39,993 nucleotides of DNA from Octopus bimaculoides (lineage: Eukaryota). The stretch is from contig NC_068987.1 in assembly GCF_001194135.2 (NCBI RefSeq), positions 9,456,140 through 9,496,132 of the forward strand. The letters run 5' to 3'. The position numbers were made by a program, and so were the translations under genes. The notes beneath the pieces are model-generated. The model was not told the DNA's origin. It did not search any database and was given only the letters and a program-made list of their open reading frames with translations. This document shows positions 22,979-35,136 of the stretch, in pieces; within the stretch, counting starts at the first letter, position 1; every line of letters starts with the position of its first letter.

Positions 22979-23192
22979 CTTCTCCAAGAGCAAAAGAGAA
23001 TTTCTCTCCACGGGACCGACTGGAATCAAATTCAGATCCGTCCAGTAGGGTTCCAACATAGTGTACAATAACAGTATCACCATTGGTAGGTTGTTCCTCA
23101 GAGGTAGCTGGCCGTAGAATCTCTTTAATAACACCACCATCTTGTTTTGGTGTGATATCAATACCAGCGACTGTAGTCTCCTCTTGAGTCAT
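22979..23192 (-). CDS. FKBP4: FKBP4 first coding exon ([25 protein letters not shown]...[28 protein letters not shown]); 49-nt UTR portion extends to the acceptor at 23241
   Basis: AAG-ATG-A start, G|GTAAGT donor. Matches FKBP52 GVDISPKQDEGVLK...HYTGWLLDGTKFDSS. Pyrimidine-rich ctccacAG acceptor at 23242-43. Confidence 0.95.
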
Positions 23193-24834
23193 CTTGGCAC
23201 AGAACTGCAGCAAATGGATTTGCTTAGATTCCTGTAGGCGTCTGTGGAGAGAGGAAAAACAAAATGCAAAAAGGAACTTAGCAAGATTTTTATAGAAGGA
23301 GACAAGTTAAATTTCATAAACCTATTGTAATCATTTTATACAAATGACAGAATAAACAAACAATTCCAGACGTGCGTGCGTATATATAAAGATATAATCC
23401 TTCAAATGATATTTATCATTCACTGGATGGAATACTATTTTTGTTGATTCCACCAATAATAGAACAATACACTGTATGTATAAACATATACATATGTATA
23501 CACACACACATTTCACAACTATTTTTCTATACTAGCAGGGTTGCTTAGAGGGTTATTTCTGGCAGCTCTCCTTGGTGCCAACTCATCTCTGTTTTTCAAT
23601 TAAGGGATTTCTGTTTCCAGAGGCCCTCAAAACTACAGAACAACTGATTATAAGGTCACCAAAGAATGACATTACCTCCACTTTGCACAAGCAGTGACAA
23701 GCTTGGAAATCAACAGTCTTGTACAGACACACGTCAGTAGAAAACTATTGCCAATGTAAGAAATGGTTTTTTCATTTTTATTTCCTGCTGTGGAGCCAAA
23801 CTTTCTCAGTGTTAGTAAATTTTTCTGCACTGTTTCCCATTAACACTTATGGTTCAGCTTAAAACAGCAAATTCCTCATTTCAACTGACAAGACTGATGA
23901 CTATTCAGCAGCAAAACTTACCAATCAATTATTTCATTTATAAGCTAATTAAATCTTAAGACTATACACATTGAATTTTCCCCAACTTTCCCCACTTGAT
24001 TCAATGATTGTCTGGAAATCTAATAAGCCATTGACATTCTATGCCGATTTTAGTACACAAAGCTTATGCTAATCAAAAAGTATTAATTTCCTTTATTCAA
24101 CATATGTCGCATCAATTTTCATTGTTTTGGGATGCCAGTCACAAAGCAGTTTACAAGTGAATAACATGTAGCATTGTAATAATACTGCCTTATTGCACCA
24201 CAGACAGTTACAGAAAAGTGAGAATTTTGGATATGGCTTACCATACTCCACGTAATTTTGTTTTGTGATGCCAAGTGCTACAAATGAACATCATGATCAT
24301 TGTCACATATACTTTTCTGTGCTTGAATTCAATGGCTGGAAGCCCCTCCTGTTACCAGCCCTCAGCGGTTTCCAAATAAGGCAATATTTCCCCATGACCA
24401 GACCTGTTTTCACAGAAGACTGGAAATGACAAACACAGTTTGCAAGATGGTGACACTGGTTTATAACCATCACACAATGTCAAAGCAAGGAGACAGTAAA
24501 ACATCCGTACATATAAATATATACATACAACAGGCTTCTTTCAGTTTTCATCCACCAAACCCACTAACAAGACTTTGGTTAGCTCAAGGCTTATAGTAGA
24601 CATTTGCCCATGGTGTCATGCAGTGGGATTGAACCTGGAACCATGTTTTTTTCAAATCTACCCCCCTTAACATTTCTATTATACCTTAAAAAATAAATTG
24701 TTTGGAAAATTAGATAATTAGAACCCGTAACAAAATAAAAAATTTCTAAATGTTTTTGCAGCCAATTAAGGCTTATTGGAATTCCAGCAGCAGTTGCCTT
24801 GCGTGGGTTTTTCTTTTTCCTTTGTTCTTTTACT

Positions 24835-25137
24835 TGTTTCAGGCAACTGATTGTGGCCATACTGGAGCACCGCCTTTTAGTCGAAGAAATCAAACCCTGG
24901 ACTTATTCTTTGTAATTCTGGTGCTTATTCCATCAGTCTCTTCTGCCAAACCACTAAGTTACAGGGACGTAAACACACCAACATTGATTGTCAAGCAATG
25001 GTGGGGGGGGGGACAAACACAAATATATACTATATATTGGCCCAAAGCTACAGAAAACACTTGCCCAAGGTGCCATGCAATGGGACTGAACCCGGAACCA
25101 TGTGGTTGGGAAGTAAGCTTCTCACCATACAGCCACA
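24835..25137 (-). mobile_element. Composite SINE (head A with body C)
   Basis: Homologous to 14935-15293. Confidence 0.75.
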
Positions 25138-25458
25138 TCTGTATATTTTGTAGTATTAATTACATTTTCACCTTTAATGAAGCTGAAACTAATACTTTCA
25201 AATGCAAACAAAATATATAAAGAGAAAAAAACCACAGTTGTAAATCTCTTAACCCTAATTAATTTCTGATTTGAAACAATATTTTTAATATTTTGTAAAC
25301 TTAGGCACTTATTTTTAAGCCTGTATATATTTTTTAATCCTCCTTTTTAACATTTGTTGTTTTACACTCTTTGTCTGATCATTTCTGGTTTTACTTCTTC
25401 CCTCCTGTTAAGTTTCACGAAGCTGCAGAGATCCATTGTTCCCAAACATTGCCCCTCA

Positions 25459-25729
25459 TACATTATTTACATTTGATGAATATTTGTCCTCATCTTGTTT
25501 GTTGTTAACGTTTCGGCTGATATACCTTCCAGCCTTCTTCAGGTGTCTTGGGGAAATTTCGAACATGGGTTCTCATACCTAAAGTATTTTTTGATGTTAT
25601 TTTGAGTGGAGCTGCTAACCCCAAGATTCCGAGTTCAATTCCAGGCAGTGAGCTGAATAATAATAACATCAAAAAATACCTTAGGAATGAGAACCCAGGT
25701 TCGAAATTTCCACAAGACACTTGATGAAG
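25459..25729. mobile_element. Inverted dimer of a tRNA-headed (B-box) short retroelement with a hammerhead motif
   Basis: 68-bp inverted arms at 25534-25601 and 25662-25729. B-box-like GAGTTCAATTCC at 25631-42 in the spacer. Hammerhead core on the - strand at 25507-47. Confidence 0.8.
25507..25547 (-). ncRNA. Minimal type I hammerhead ribozyme-like motif (stem I 3' strand missing in this copy)
   Basis: 5'-GACAC CUGAAGA A GGCUG GAAGGUAUAU CAGCC GAA ACGU U-3'. It has the CUGANGA and GAAA boxes, a 5-bp stem II, a palindromic ACGU stem III and a GUU triplet. Confidence 0.6.
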
Positions 25730-26080
25730 TTACCAGCTTGACATCATATCATAGCATGCTGTCCAAAACATTCTGTAGGTGATTACAGAAAGCCTCCTTA
25801 TTTCCTATTGCAACCGGTAACTTGGCATGTCTGGTGTTGAACCATCATTCACTGACCTTCCAGATGATCAGTGTTCTTGATGCATGCCTACACAAGATGA
25901 TACCAACCCCTTGAGTATTGTTCTTCCAGGCTAGAATAAAGGACTGTCTTACCTCTACTTATCATATACCCCTAGCCTGTCCAATATGTCTCACTGACAC
26001 TCTAGACAACTATGTGGTAGGTATCCATCTCACCCATTTCAGCCATCCACTTTGTTTTCAGTACTGAAGAAAGATCTGAC
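25730..26080 (-). mobile_element. Degenerate RTE-clade LINE, AP-endonuclease region (a 5' part may extend to about 26500)
   Basis: Hand translation with stops and frameshifts gives SETYWTG*G...GKTVLYS.LEE...GVGIILCRHASRTLIIW..VSE...FNTRHAKL...LQNVLDS...DVKLV. This resembles RTE ETRWTG/GVGIIL/FNTR/DFN motifs. Confidence 0.75.
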
Positions 26081-27915
26081 CTTGCTCAGAGACAGACATC
26101 CTTTTGGCTCTGGCCCAACTCCAGTACAGAGGCATCAACTGTACTTATCTCACTGTTTTCTTTATGAATCAATATTTTTGCAGCAATTTGAATACAGAAG
26201 GCAAAGTTGCTAGCCTTAAACTCCATTCCCGCTTCCTCAAGATGATCCCGGGAGACTGGCTACACCTGATACACTACCAGAATTCTGAGATAAGGACCCA
26301 TTCCAAATATTGTAGGCTGGAGCCATGTGAGGAAAGGTTTTCACACCCCACATTAAGGAGTCACTTGTAGTCAACTACTACTTCAAACAAGGCCTGACAA
26401 CATGCAAGAGTAACTCTATGGAAAGTCATCATGCTGCATGGAGTGCCCACTCATTATATCAATAGTGTGTCATCATGCTGCATTTAAAGCCAAAGATGGG
26501 AACATGGAGAAGTTAAACATTGTCGAGGGGAAGGAGTATTGAGTATGTGTACGGTCCCATTCCACCACCCCACTAGAGGTCAATTTCATTATGAAAAGAT
26601 CATGGGGGGGGGGGTCCAGAATAGAGCATATAGATCCATCTTGATTCAGTCACGTGTTTATTTACCAGTTGGACTACATCTAAAAATTCTGACGTTTCCC
26701 ATGCATGCGTTGGGTTTTTAATAATAAAAGGGGTATTCAAAAGTAACACGTAATACTGCTACGCTTTTTTTCTAATTAGAATATCATACTTGCTGCTTCA
26801 GTTATTGGACAGCAGCCACACTGAGGTATCATCATGAAGTGCTTACTTATTTAAACTAGGTATTTTATCGGGGATGTAAGCAAACAAACACCGGATTCCA
26901 AGAAGGGGGAAGGGGAACTAACACACGCGACTGAATTCCATAACTTCCGTCAAACAAATTCATTCGGGAGGTATTGGTCAGTGTGGGACTACAGTAAAGA
27001 CACTGGCCCAAGGTCCCACACAGCGGGACTGAACCTAGAAACCACGTGGTTGCAAAGCGAGCTACGTAACCACAAAGCCAAACATTCGAAAACTATTTAC
27101 AATAAACGTTACTAAACAACGGAAATTTTAGACAAGTTTCACTAAAGTAAAAATACTTGAAGTTTGCAGATATATTTCCCAAATCTGCACTTGCAAACTA
27201 TAGAAGAGCTACAAGGACAAAGTGACAGCAACTAAACAGTCAATCCTATAAACAATGCAAGGAAGCAACTTTGGCTTTTAGTCCAACTGATCTTTCATGA
27301 CTTTTGATTTTATCAAATGCTTATTTTGAATATTTGAGGAACACTTAACTGCTCTTTCTAGCAGGTTGAGCGACACAAGAGGTTCCCTCGCTCACTTACC
27401 CAAGCTAGTGTTATCTCCCTTGATCTTCAGCTTTCAAGATCAATCTAACATCGAAATCGAAGACGAACTCGCATTAATTTCTAATACATGGGATGAAATG
27501 AGCTGGCCGATGATGGTCTTGAATAAATGCCCAAAATAATTATAAATTTAATATAGAATTTCAATCATTATAAATGCACACACGTAATGATATCGTACGT
27601 ATACTGGTCTCTTTTTTTAATTTTTATTATTTTGCGACAGTATTATATCTCAAAAATACTGCAGCAAAATTAAATGAGGGAATTTGACACCAATATGAGA
27701 AAAACTATCACTAAAAGTGAATAGTCTGTGCATATTTTAAATGACTATCATAACTTTTCTACGATGTTAGCTGATTGGTTCACCAGACAATCTTAAAATC
27801 ACTTGCCAAGCAAGTACAGCTACAAACGTGTGTCTATCTGGGTGTGTCGATTTATCCACATGCAACCTCTTTAAAAATTAACACAATTTAGGACAATTAA
27901 CTTTCAAATGAACAC

Positions 27916-27954
27916 TGAATTTTCTAGAAGAATGCTAACCGAATTGTCTAGAAG
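27916..27954. promoter_or_regulatory. Tandem heat-shock elements
   Basis: tGAAt-tTTCt-aGAAg at 27916-30 is a perfect 3-unit HSE. cGAAt-tGTCt-aGAAg at 27940-54 has one mismatch. Confidence 0.55.
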
Positions 27955-30900
27955 AGGAGGAAAAAAAATAAAGGAAGTAACGATCGTTCGTTTTGCGAAC
28001 CTAGAATAGAAAGGTAGCCAAAAACAATATCAACAATGCCTGTATACCAGAATATCAATCTGCCGCATTGCTAAGTAATGTCAAAGAGAAAAAGTGCAAC
28101 ATTTTGATTAAAGAAAGATGCTTAGAAGAGTGAGGAAAAAGAAAGAGTTGTGGTAACTGAAGGAAGAGGAGGAGAGTGTTGTTAAAAACGAAATGAAGAG
28201 TCGATGGAATACAGACAATAAGAATTAGCGGGGTATGAATAGAGTATGAGTGATAGAGAGAGGGAGAAAGTAGTACACTTAATGTCGAGATAATTAGATT
28301 AAATAAACAAAACACATTAAGCCAAGTTACATAAATTACATGATTAAAAAGGGATATAAATCCCTGCTGCTTGTGTGAAGCATCAAGTCGGCTATGGTTA
28401 CAGAATATTGTTTTAAAGGTTTACTATCTTGTTTTTTTTCTTTGTGGTTTATCTTACACTCGCTGATCTTGTTCTATTGCAAATAAACGAACAATTCTCT
28501 AGCACCAAGAGCAAGACAAATGGCGACAATATTTTCAATAGTAATAATTTTAAACAAATGACAAATAAAGAAAATAATTTTAGGCCACACTAACTTGACC
28601 ATTAGGCATGTGTAAATTACGACAACCCACGGCATACGCAGAGCGAGTGTTTTTATATTATGGAACAGCAAAAGTATTAAAACAACAACAGAATATATTT
28701 TTCTCTGGAAATAAGTTCTGGGAGCTAAAAACCTTGTCAACCACTAACAACTGGACAGGCAAAAAAAAATAAATAAGATATATACACATCTACATATATG
28801 GCGATCTTTGAATACAACGTGCCTCTTTCAACAGTTTTCCGATACAGATCAAAAGTGGTCGTTAGAGTGACGAGGTCATACTAAGGTTAGAAACCTCTTG
28901 CAGGAGGTATCACAGAAAAGCGGCCACAGATTGTTTTTACGTTGTGCAACATTCAGCTTATTTTGCCCTTGAGAAATGGTTATGGAAAGGGCGTGAGTGT
29001 ATCAGATTGTTTAGAATGTTAAAATGACCGGAATAACCCAGGATTTTCGTCTTCGCAAAAAAAAAAAAGGGTTTTTACACTTGACCTCAAGCCTTTCCAT
29101 TACCTTGGCTGACCATTTGTTTACTACCTCAACTCTTATAACATGAACTGTTCTTTAAAACTGATCTGCATCAACTCAATTATGGCCTGACTATTGGAAG
29201 GACAATTTTATATAAGCCTATTTCATACACCATCGGACACTCTTTGATTTGTGAAGGTATACCTACTTTCCAGCAAATACTGGCTCCCCATTCCCAATTC
29301 ACTTGCCATCTCTTACAAACCATTTCATTTCCCAACCATTCTGACCTGAAGAATTGAATGCAGTTAAGTCTGCTGGCACACATTTAACTTGAATCTAAAG
29401 AAAAAGTTAATAGAGGAGATTCAGTTGCTTTAGTAGTTTGAGACAGGTCAAGCTAAATGCAAATTGACCAAATGTGCCCAATATATGCATTAGCTATCGT
29501 TACCCCACAGTAGCATGATGTGATATATTTTCGGAGCATTCCTCGTGATTCAATAAAAACTACTTCGGAGTGAATGCAAACTGGACAAAACCAGAAGTTG
29601 CGCATTGATCTTTGTTCTTGAAATATGTGCGTTGTCATTAATGGATTTCGAGCATTCCGATTGTTATCGGTGGAATCAATCTAGATAAGGATAAACGTCT
29701 TGGAGGTGAAAGACACGAAACGAAATATGTCTACAGAGAGTATGCAAGAGGTCACTCCAAGAGAACGGCCACAGGAGCTATTATGGTTCAAGGAGACGCA
29801 AAGAAATGGTTCCTTGACGGAAAAAAAAAACAGACAGAAAGTCAAACACATGACCCGATATTATTGGAAATAAAACTGCTCGTGAATCAATAATAATATT
29901 AATAGGCCCTGGCATTTGGCATTCACATGATCAGAATAGAATCATTACCACATGTATTTGAGTACTACATTGCGAACCATGTAAATCCTGCTAACCGTCT
30001 TGGGCCTGCAATAAGGTAGACAGAGTTCTTCTGGACTTATGCCAGGAAAAGAAATTGAATACAACATTGAGAAGTTACTGGAAAGAATTTGTAAGATGGC
30101 GCATTGAGAAGGTTATCATCACTTCGAGAACAATTATGTCCTGTTGTTGTTTATTGCCATGGATTTGCTGGTCTGTAATTATAAAATTACTTTGATCAAC
30201 TATAATAATGATATCCGAGCATTGGCCAAAAAACCTCTATTCATTTCTTTAAAGAATATTTAACGCTAGATCGTAACTGAACAATGAGGAAACGATTTTC
30301 GAAACCATCTGAAAGTGAAAGGGTAGCACACTAAACTCAAAAGAACACCCTATCTATCATTATACATTGTATATGAATTATAAAATTACTGATCTGCTGT
30401 AATTTACGGCGATCGACTATTGGACAAAAATTGCCCCTTCATTTATTTTCTTTTTTTAATTCATGCTATAGCATTATTTAACAAGATAAAAAATTTCAAA
30501 ACAATGTAATGCAACTAAAGAAAGTGTGGTACCCTATACTCAAAGAACACTATCTCTCTCACCCACAAACATATATATATATATATATATATATATGAAG
30601 TGTATATATTTGTCTGTATGTATTTAGAAGTAATACAAATACTAGAAAATAGATGGTTGCTTGTGTTCTTATTCAAGTCAAGTGCAAATTATTCGTTCGC
30701 TGACAGCTTTTTTTTTTTTAATTCCCGCGGTTAGCATACATTACATTTATTACATGCGAAGTGAAAAATGCGAATGGACTGCTATCATAAAAGAATAAAC
30801 AGAATAAATAGAATGGCAAAAAACGAAATATGGAATAAGAAATAGAATGAAAGAAAGCATAAATGGCATNNNNNNNNNNNNNNNNNNNNNNNNNNNNNNN

Positions 30901-31323
30901 NNNNNNNNNNNNNNNNNNNNNNNNNNNNNNNNNNNNNNNNNNNNNNNNNNNNNNNNNNNNNNNNNNNNNNNNNNNNNNNNNNNNNNNNNNNNNNNNNNNN
31001 NNNNNNNNNNNNNNNNNNNNNNNNNNNNNNNNNNNNNNNNNNNNNNNNNNNNNNNNNNNNNNNNNNNNNNNNNNNNNNNNNNNNNNNNNNNNNNNNNNNN
31101 NNNNNNNNNNNNNNNNNNNNNNNNNNNNNNNNNNNNNTATATATATATATATGTATATATATAATAATAATATTAGGGATAAAATCCAAAATTACAGGTA
31201 AAAACTCAATTAAAATCAATTTATTAAAAATTAAAATAAGCTTCACAGTATTAAAATATATATTAATATATAGTATTTATCGATGAGTTCATAAACCTTG
31301 GTTCTTTTCCCTAATACTATATA

Positions 31324-31361
<38 letters not shown>

Positions 31362-31848
31362 AAATTAAGACGAATGACCACTAAAGTGGACTCCTATATG
31401 CTAGATATAGACGTCAAATCGCCTAACCACGAAGAGTATGTTCTCAAGAACATATATATATATATAATGTTTCCTTCTGCAGTTAAGCTATCGTTTAATA
31501 AATTAATGTGCAGTTTGTTTTTGTTTTTTTTCAATCCCTTTAAAAAAAAATCTAGAATCTTCTACCCCAACACCACCATCATCATGTGCCGATCGTAAGA
31601 AATCAATACTTTCTTGTTGATTGTGTGTACGTGTATATATATATATTTGACCATTTTGTTTTCATGTCAAATTATAAGAGTCCGAAACTTCGAAGTTACT
31701 GTCGACATTTTCTTGATAAAGAATACACACACTATAATCTAGCTTTCAAAATAATAATAATAATTAAATAGTTACTTCTATAAACATACACATATATGAA
31801 AGTATGTTATATTATCCACCCTAACCACAAATATACGAGTGACTAGAC

Positions 31849-31879
<31 letters not shown>

Positions 31880-32789
31880 GGTGACCCGTGTCAGCCCTAA
31901 TCGAGTGGAGCTTGGGATCAATGGGGTTCTAACCATGACCATCCTTATCTATTGTATATCTATTATCTAGGACGACATAAATCCAATGCCGCCTTCCTTT
32001 TTGAAGACAACGAAATGAGAACCAACGTGAGTATACGGAGGAGGCGGGAGGCTACGAAGCCTCTTCTGAGTAACTCAACTTGCAAGAAATAACAGCAAAA
32101 TATCTAGAAACCCTACCGTTTTTTTATAAATAAAAAGGAAAAAGGTGGAGACATTGGACAACACAAGACCTATATATATATATATAAAGGCGGGTGATGG
32201 CCATAAGTAGAATGCTTTCGGACGTACCGCATTTAGTCCATTATAATGCAATCTTGAATAACAATGCTACCACCACATTTCATACCTAAAAATCAAAATT
32301 CTCTTATTTTCTTTAAAGGAAAACACTTGTGTGTGTGTGTGTATAAATATATATATATACACACACAATGGTACCCCCATTCGAACCCCGGTATTTGGTT
32401 AGACTTCTTGCTTTATACACCAATAAATGCGGTAGATCTGCTGCACCAGACCCGAAATAATTTCGAGATCAAACGGAAAAAAAAAATTGTTAAGATATGA
32501 TTTAGTAGAGATATAAACTGTTATCTCACATTTAAAAGCTGAATAACCAGGTCAGAGCACCCTCGTGGGGTCAGTCATCTTTATATCGGGTTTTAAATAA
32601 TATACGTTTATAATGTTGGTCGTTTTAAATTGCTTAACAGTTATATATATTAAAAGGCTGCTTCATGCATATCTTTGCATTATAAACAGATGGTGTATAG
32701 TGCCATAAGTCTATAAATATATATATTATAGATATTGATTGATATATAAACGGTTAATTACATATCTATGAGTAATTAAAGATGCGTAC

Positions 32790-32895
32790 CTGAGAGACGA
32801 CAATGCAACCAGTCCGAGTGAGCTTCTAGAGCGTTCCAGAAATTTACGACTCACGTGACCTCAGAGCAGGAAAGATGAAATTGTTGCTTGGCAAC
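32790..32895 (-). promoter_or_regulatory. Candidate distal first exon and promoter: splice donor, 4-unit HSE, E-box, RFX X-box
   Basis: CAG|GTACGC donor at 32790. cTTCt-aGAGc-gTTCc-aGAAa at 32823-42. CACGTG at 32852-57. GTTGCCAAGCAAC (- strand) at 32883-95. Confidence 0.55.
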
Positions 32896-33205
32896 GGGTT
32901 TTATCGAAAATACGGGTTTTCTTTTCCCTTTTTTTTATTATTTTTATTGTATTTTGTATCATTTCCGTTTCTTTTTGTTTTTTTCCAATATTTAATGATT
33001 GAATTTAAATTTGATTATTTTTATTTATTTTTTATTTTATTTTTAAAATAACATTCGAATTTTTATTGCATTATATTTTAATTTTGGTGATAAATTTATT
33101 TCATTTATTTTTCTTCTGTGCGTATATCTTTGAGCTTTCGTAAATTTCTCTGAAAACGAATACTGGCTAAATATTGATTTCGTTTCGTTTCGTTTCGACG
33201 CTGAG

Positions 33206-33240
<35 letters not shown>

Positions 33241-34983
33241 AATATTTTATTATACATTTACGCATAGTATAAACTTCCCTTCTATACGTTATTATATACA
33301 CAATAATACTGCCTTCCTATCAGCTAACGGTCACATTTATTGTTTACACTCACGTTTTTAAAATATTCAACAGATCGAGTAATAAAAGGGTGATTTCTGT
33401 AAAAAGTAACAAAATTCGTAAAATTTTCTTCTTTCGTTCGTTCATTAAACATTAAAATTACCTATAAATAAGGCGGCATGAATTTTATTTACATTAATTC
33501 TAGATTAGGTAAAAAAAATAATTCTAGACACAATGCCATGAGTGAAAAATAGTATGACCACAACCGAAATATTTATATATATTTTTAATTTTTTAAATTT
33601 TACTCTCCGCGTGTAATCTGCAGTAAACATCACGTTTTAACTTTTTAAATGTAATAATACTATTTTTTTAATAATAATCCTGCCATGTTGCTACAGTTAG
33701 AATAACTAACCTTATATTTTATATTTTCATTATTATAAAAATTTGGCAGAAGTAACTGTGGCTTAAGAGACGAGAGTTTCGTGCATGGCGCTTCGACCCT
33801 TGAGTCTCTACAACTTCTACCGATCACTATTAATATATACTCGTATTTTAAGTTTTATTGACTTGTTTGCATCGCCAAACCTAACCTTATTAAATTGTTC
33901 GGCAGGCGCGAAATAATTTTATTTACGTTATACTGCGGTTAATTTGTTTTGCTTGGGGAATTTTGGGGGATGTCACCGACTTTAAGATTTATCTTAAAAG
34001 GTTTTTCACATTTATGATTATAAAGGGACGTAATTCACCGTACTTTAACCACATGCATACGTTCAGAATTTCCTGTTTTATGTTAGTTAAAATAAATTTA
34101 ATTATTCAACATAAAATGCAAAAATTATATTTGTAAGGTTAAATGACGGAAATAGAAATGGATATAAGGTCGAATATTTGTCAGTCGATCCAGTAGGCGG
34201 TGCCCACATCAGTGAAGGGAGCCGACCGCTGCAAACGGTACTCGTTGCGCCCAAGATGTGGAGTTTTCGACTCACGGCTCTTGCACAAACAATCTGTTTC
34301 CAAATCTCGAGAATGTTCATTATTGTACAATTCCATTAGTAGAATGTTGAAACAAGAGCATACATGATTAAATATGAAACTCTAGCACGATCGATGAGAG
34401 ATCAGTCATTGCAAACTGCAGCACGCGGGGTTTTCTGAATAACACGCCTAACAAAAAATTACTTTGAATTTTCTTTAGCAGTGTGACCCGCCTAATGATA
34501 AGACATGTCTCATGCGTTCCGCTTCTTGAAAAAGGTTGCCAAATTCGTCTCAGTTTCTATATACTTAGTCTTTTTGTAAAAGAAGGGAGGATATATTAAA
34601 TAATCTATTCTGTTATTTCGCATCGTTGTTTTAAACACCTGAACGATTACCTGCATACTCTTAGCTCATTTTTTAACTCGCTATATTATAAGATCGTACG
34701 ATGTTTTTAGGGTAAATATTTTGTAAAGGACCCGTTCGTACCTCGGTGTGAACGCTTATAGCTGTTACGTGGTGGCAGGGTGTGCTAGAAATAACAGCCA
34801 AGTCTTTCCTTTTCTGGAAAAAATGAGCTGTTTACGCGTGATTTCGATGTCACATTCGTTGAAAACATACGAAATAACCAGGAAAAGAAAAAAAAAAACA
34901 ACCCACGAAACAAAACCCCGTGGTCCCCTCCACCCCTTCCACCCCACTTTCTTTTCCAGAAAAAAGTGGCTTGCGGCTGGTTT

Positions 34984-35136
34984 GGAGGTCCTGAAGATCC
35001 GAATGTTTGTCCTCCTGCACAGATATTGGCAGCACCAAATACCCTTCTCCAATGAATTCAAAACCACACCAGCTTGCCCAAGTCTTTTTGGGACTTCAAA
35101 CTTGAAGCTAATGCCCCTATTAATCTCACTGCCAGA
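34984..35136 (-). mobile_element. Degenerate RTE-clade LINE fragment, post-RT region
   Basis: GSEINRGISFKFEVPKRLGQAGVVLNSLEKGIWCCQYLCRRTNIRIF resembles the RTE-type YLGS...EVLRRIG.A..V..SL...IWRCRYLCRRTKIRIF. Confidence 0.7.

Larger units (their letters stand above)
11162..23241 (-). other. FKBP4: FKBP4/FKBP52-type peptidyl-prolyl isomerase gene span (FK1-FK2-3xTPR; about 450 aa with the distal last exon)
   Basis: Exon lengths 214+165+96+248+84+237+189+120 = 1353 nt splice in continuous phase. PPIase residues (HYVG, FDSS, VIKAW, YAYG) and TPR clamp K/N/K/R are present. FKBP4 versus FKBP5 cannot be resolved; probably the single invertebrate ortholog. Confidence 0.95.

Noticed and set aside
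23193-23241. N-terminal extension of FKBP4 from the TTG at 23213 or the open upstream frame
   Set aside because: No in-frame ATG. Both candidate first exons have in-frame stops upstream, and homology starts after M23192.
28055-30170. Short ORFs in unique sequence (28055-28315, 28474-28740, 29180-29383, 29453-29638)
   Set aside because: No recognisable domain or consistent splice chain. Lengths are as expected by chance.
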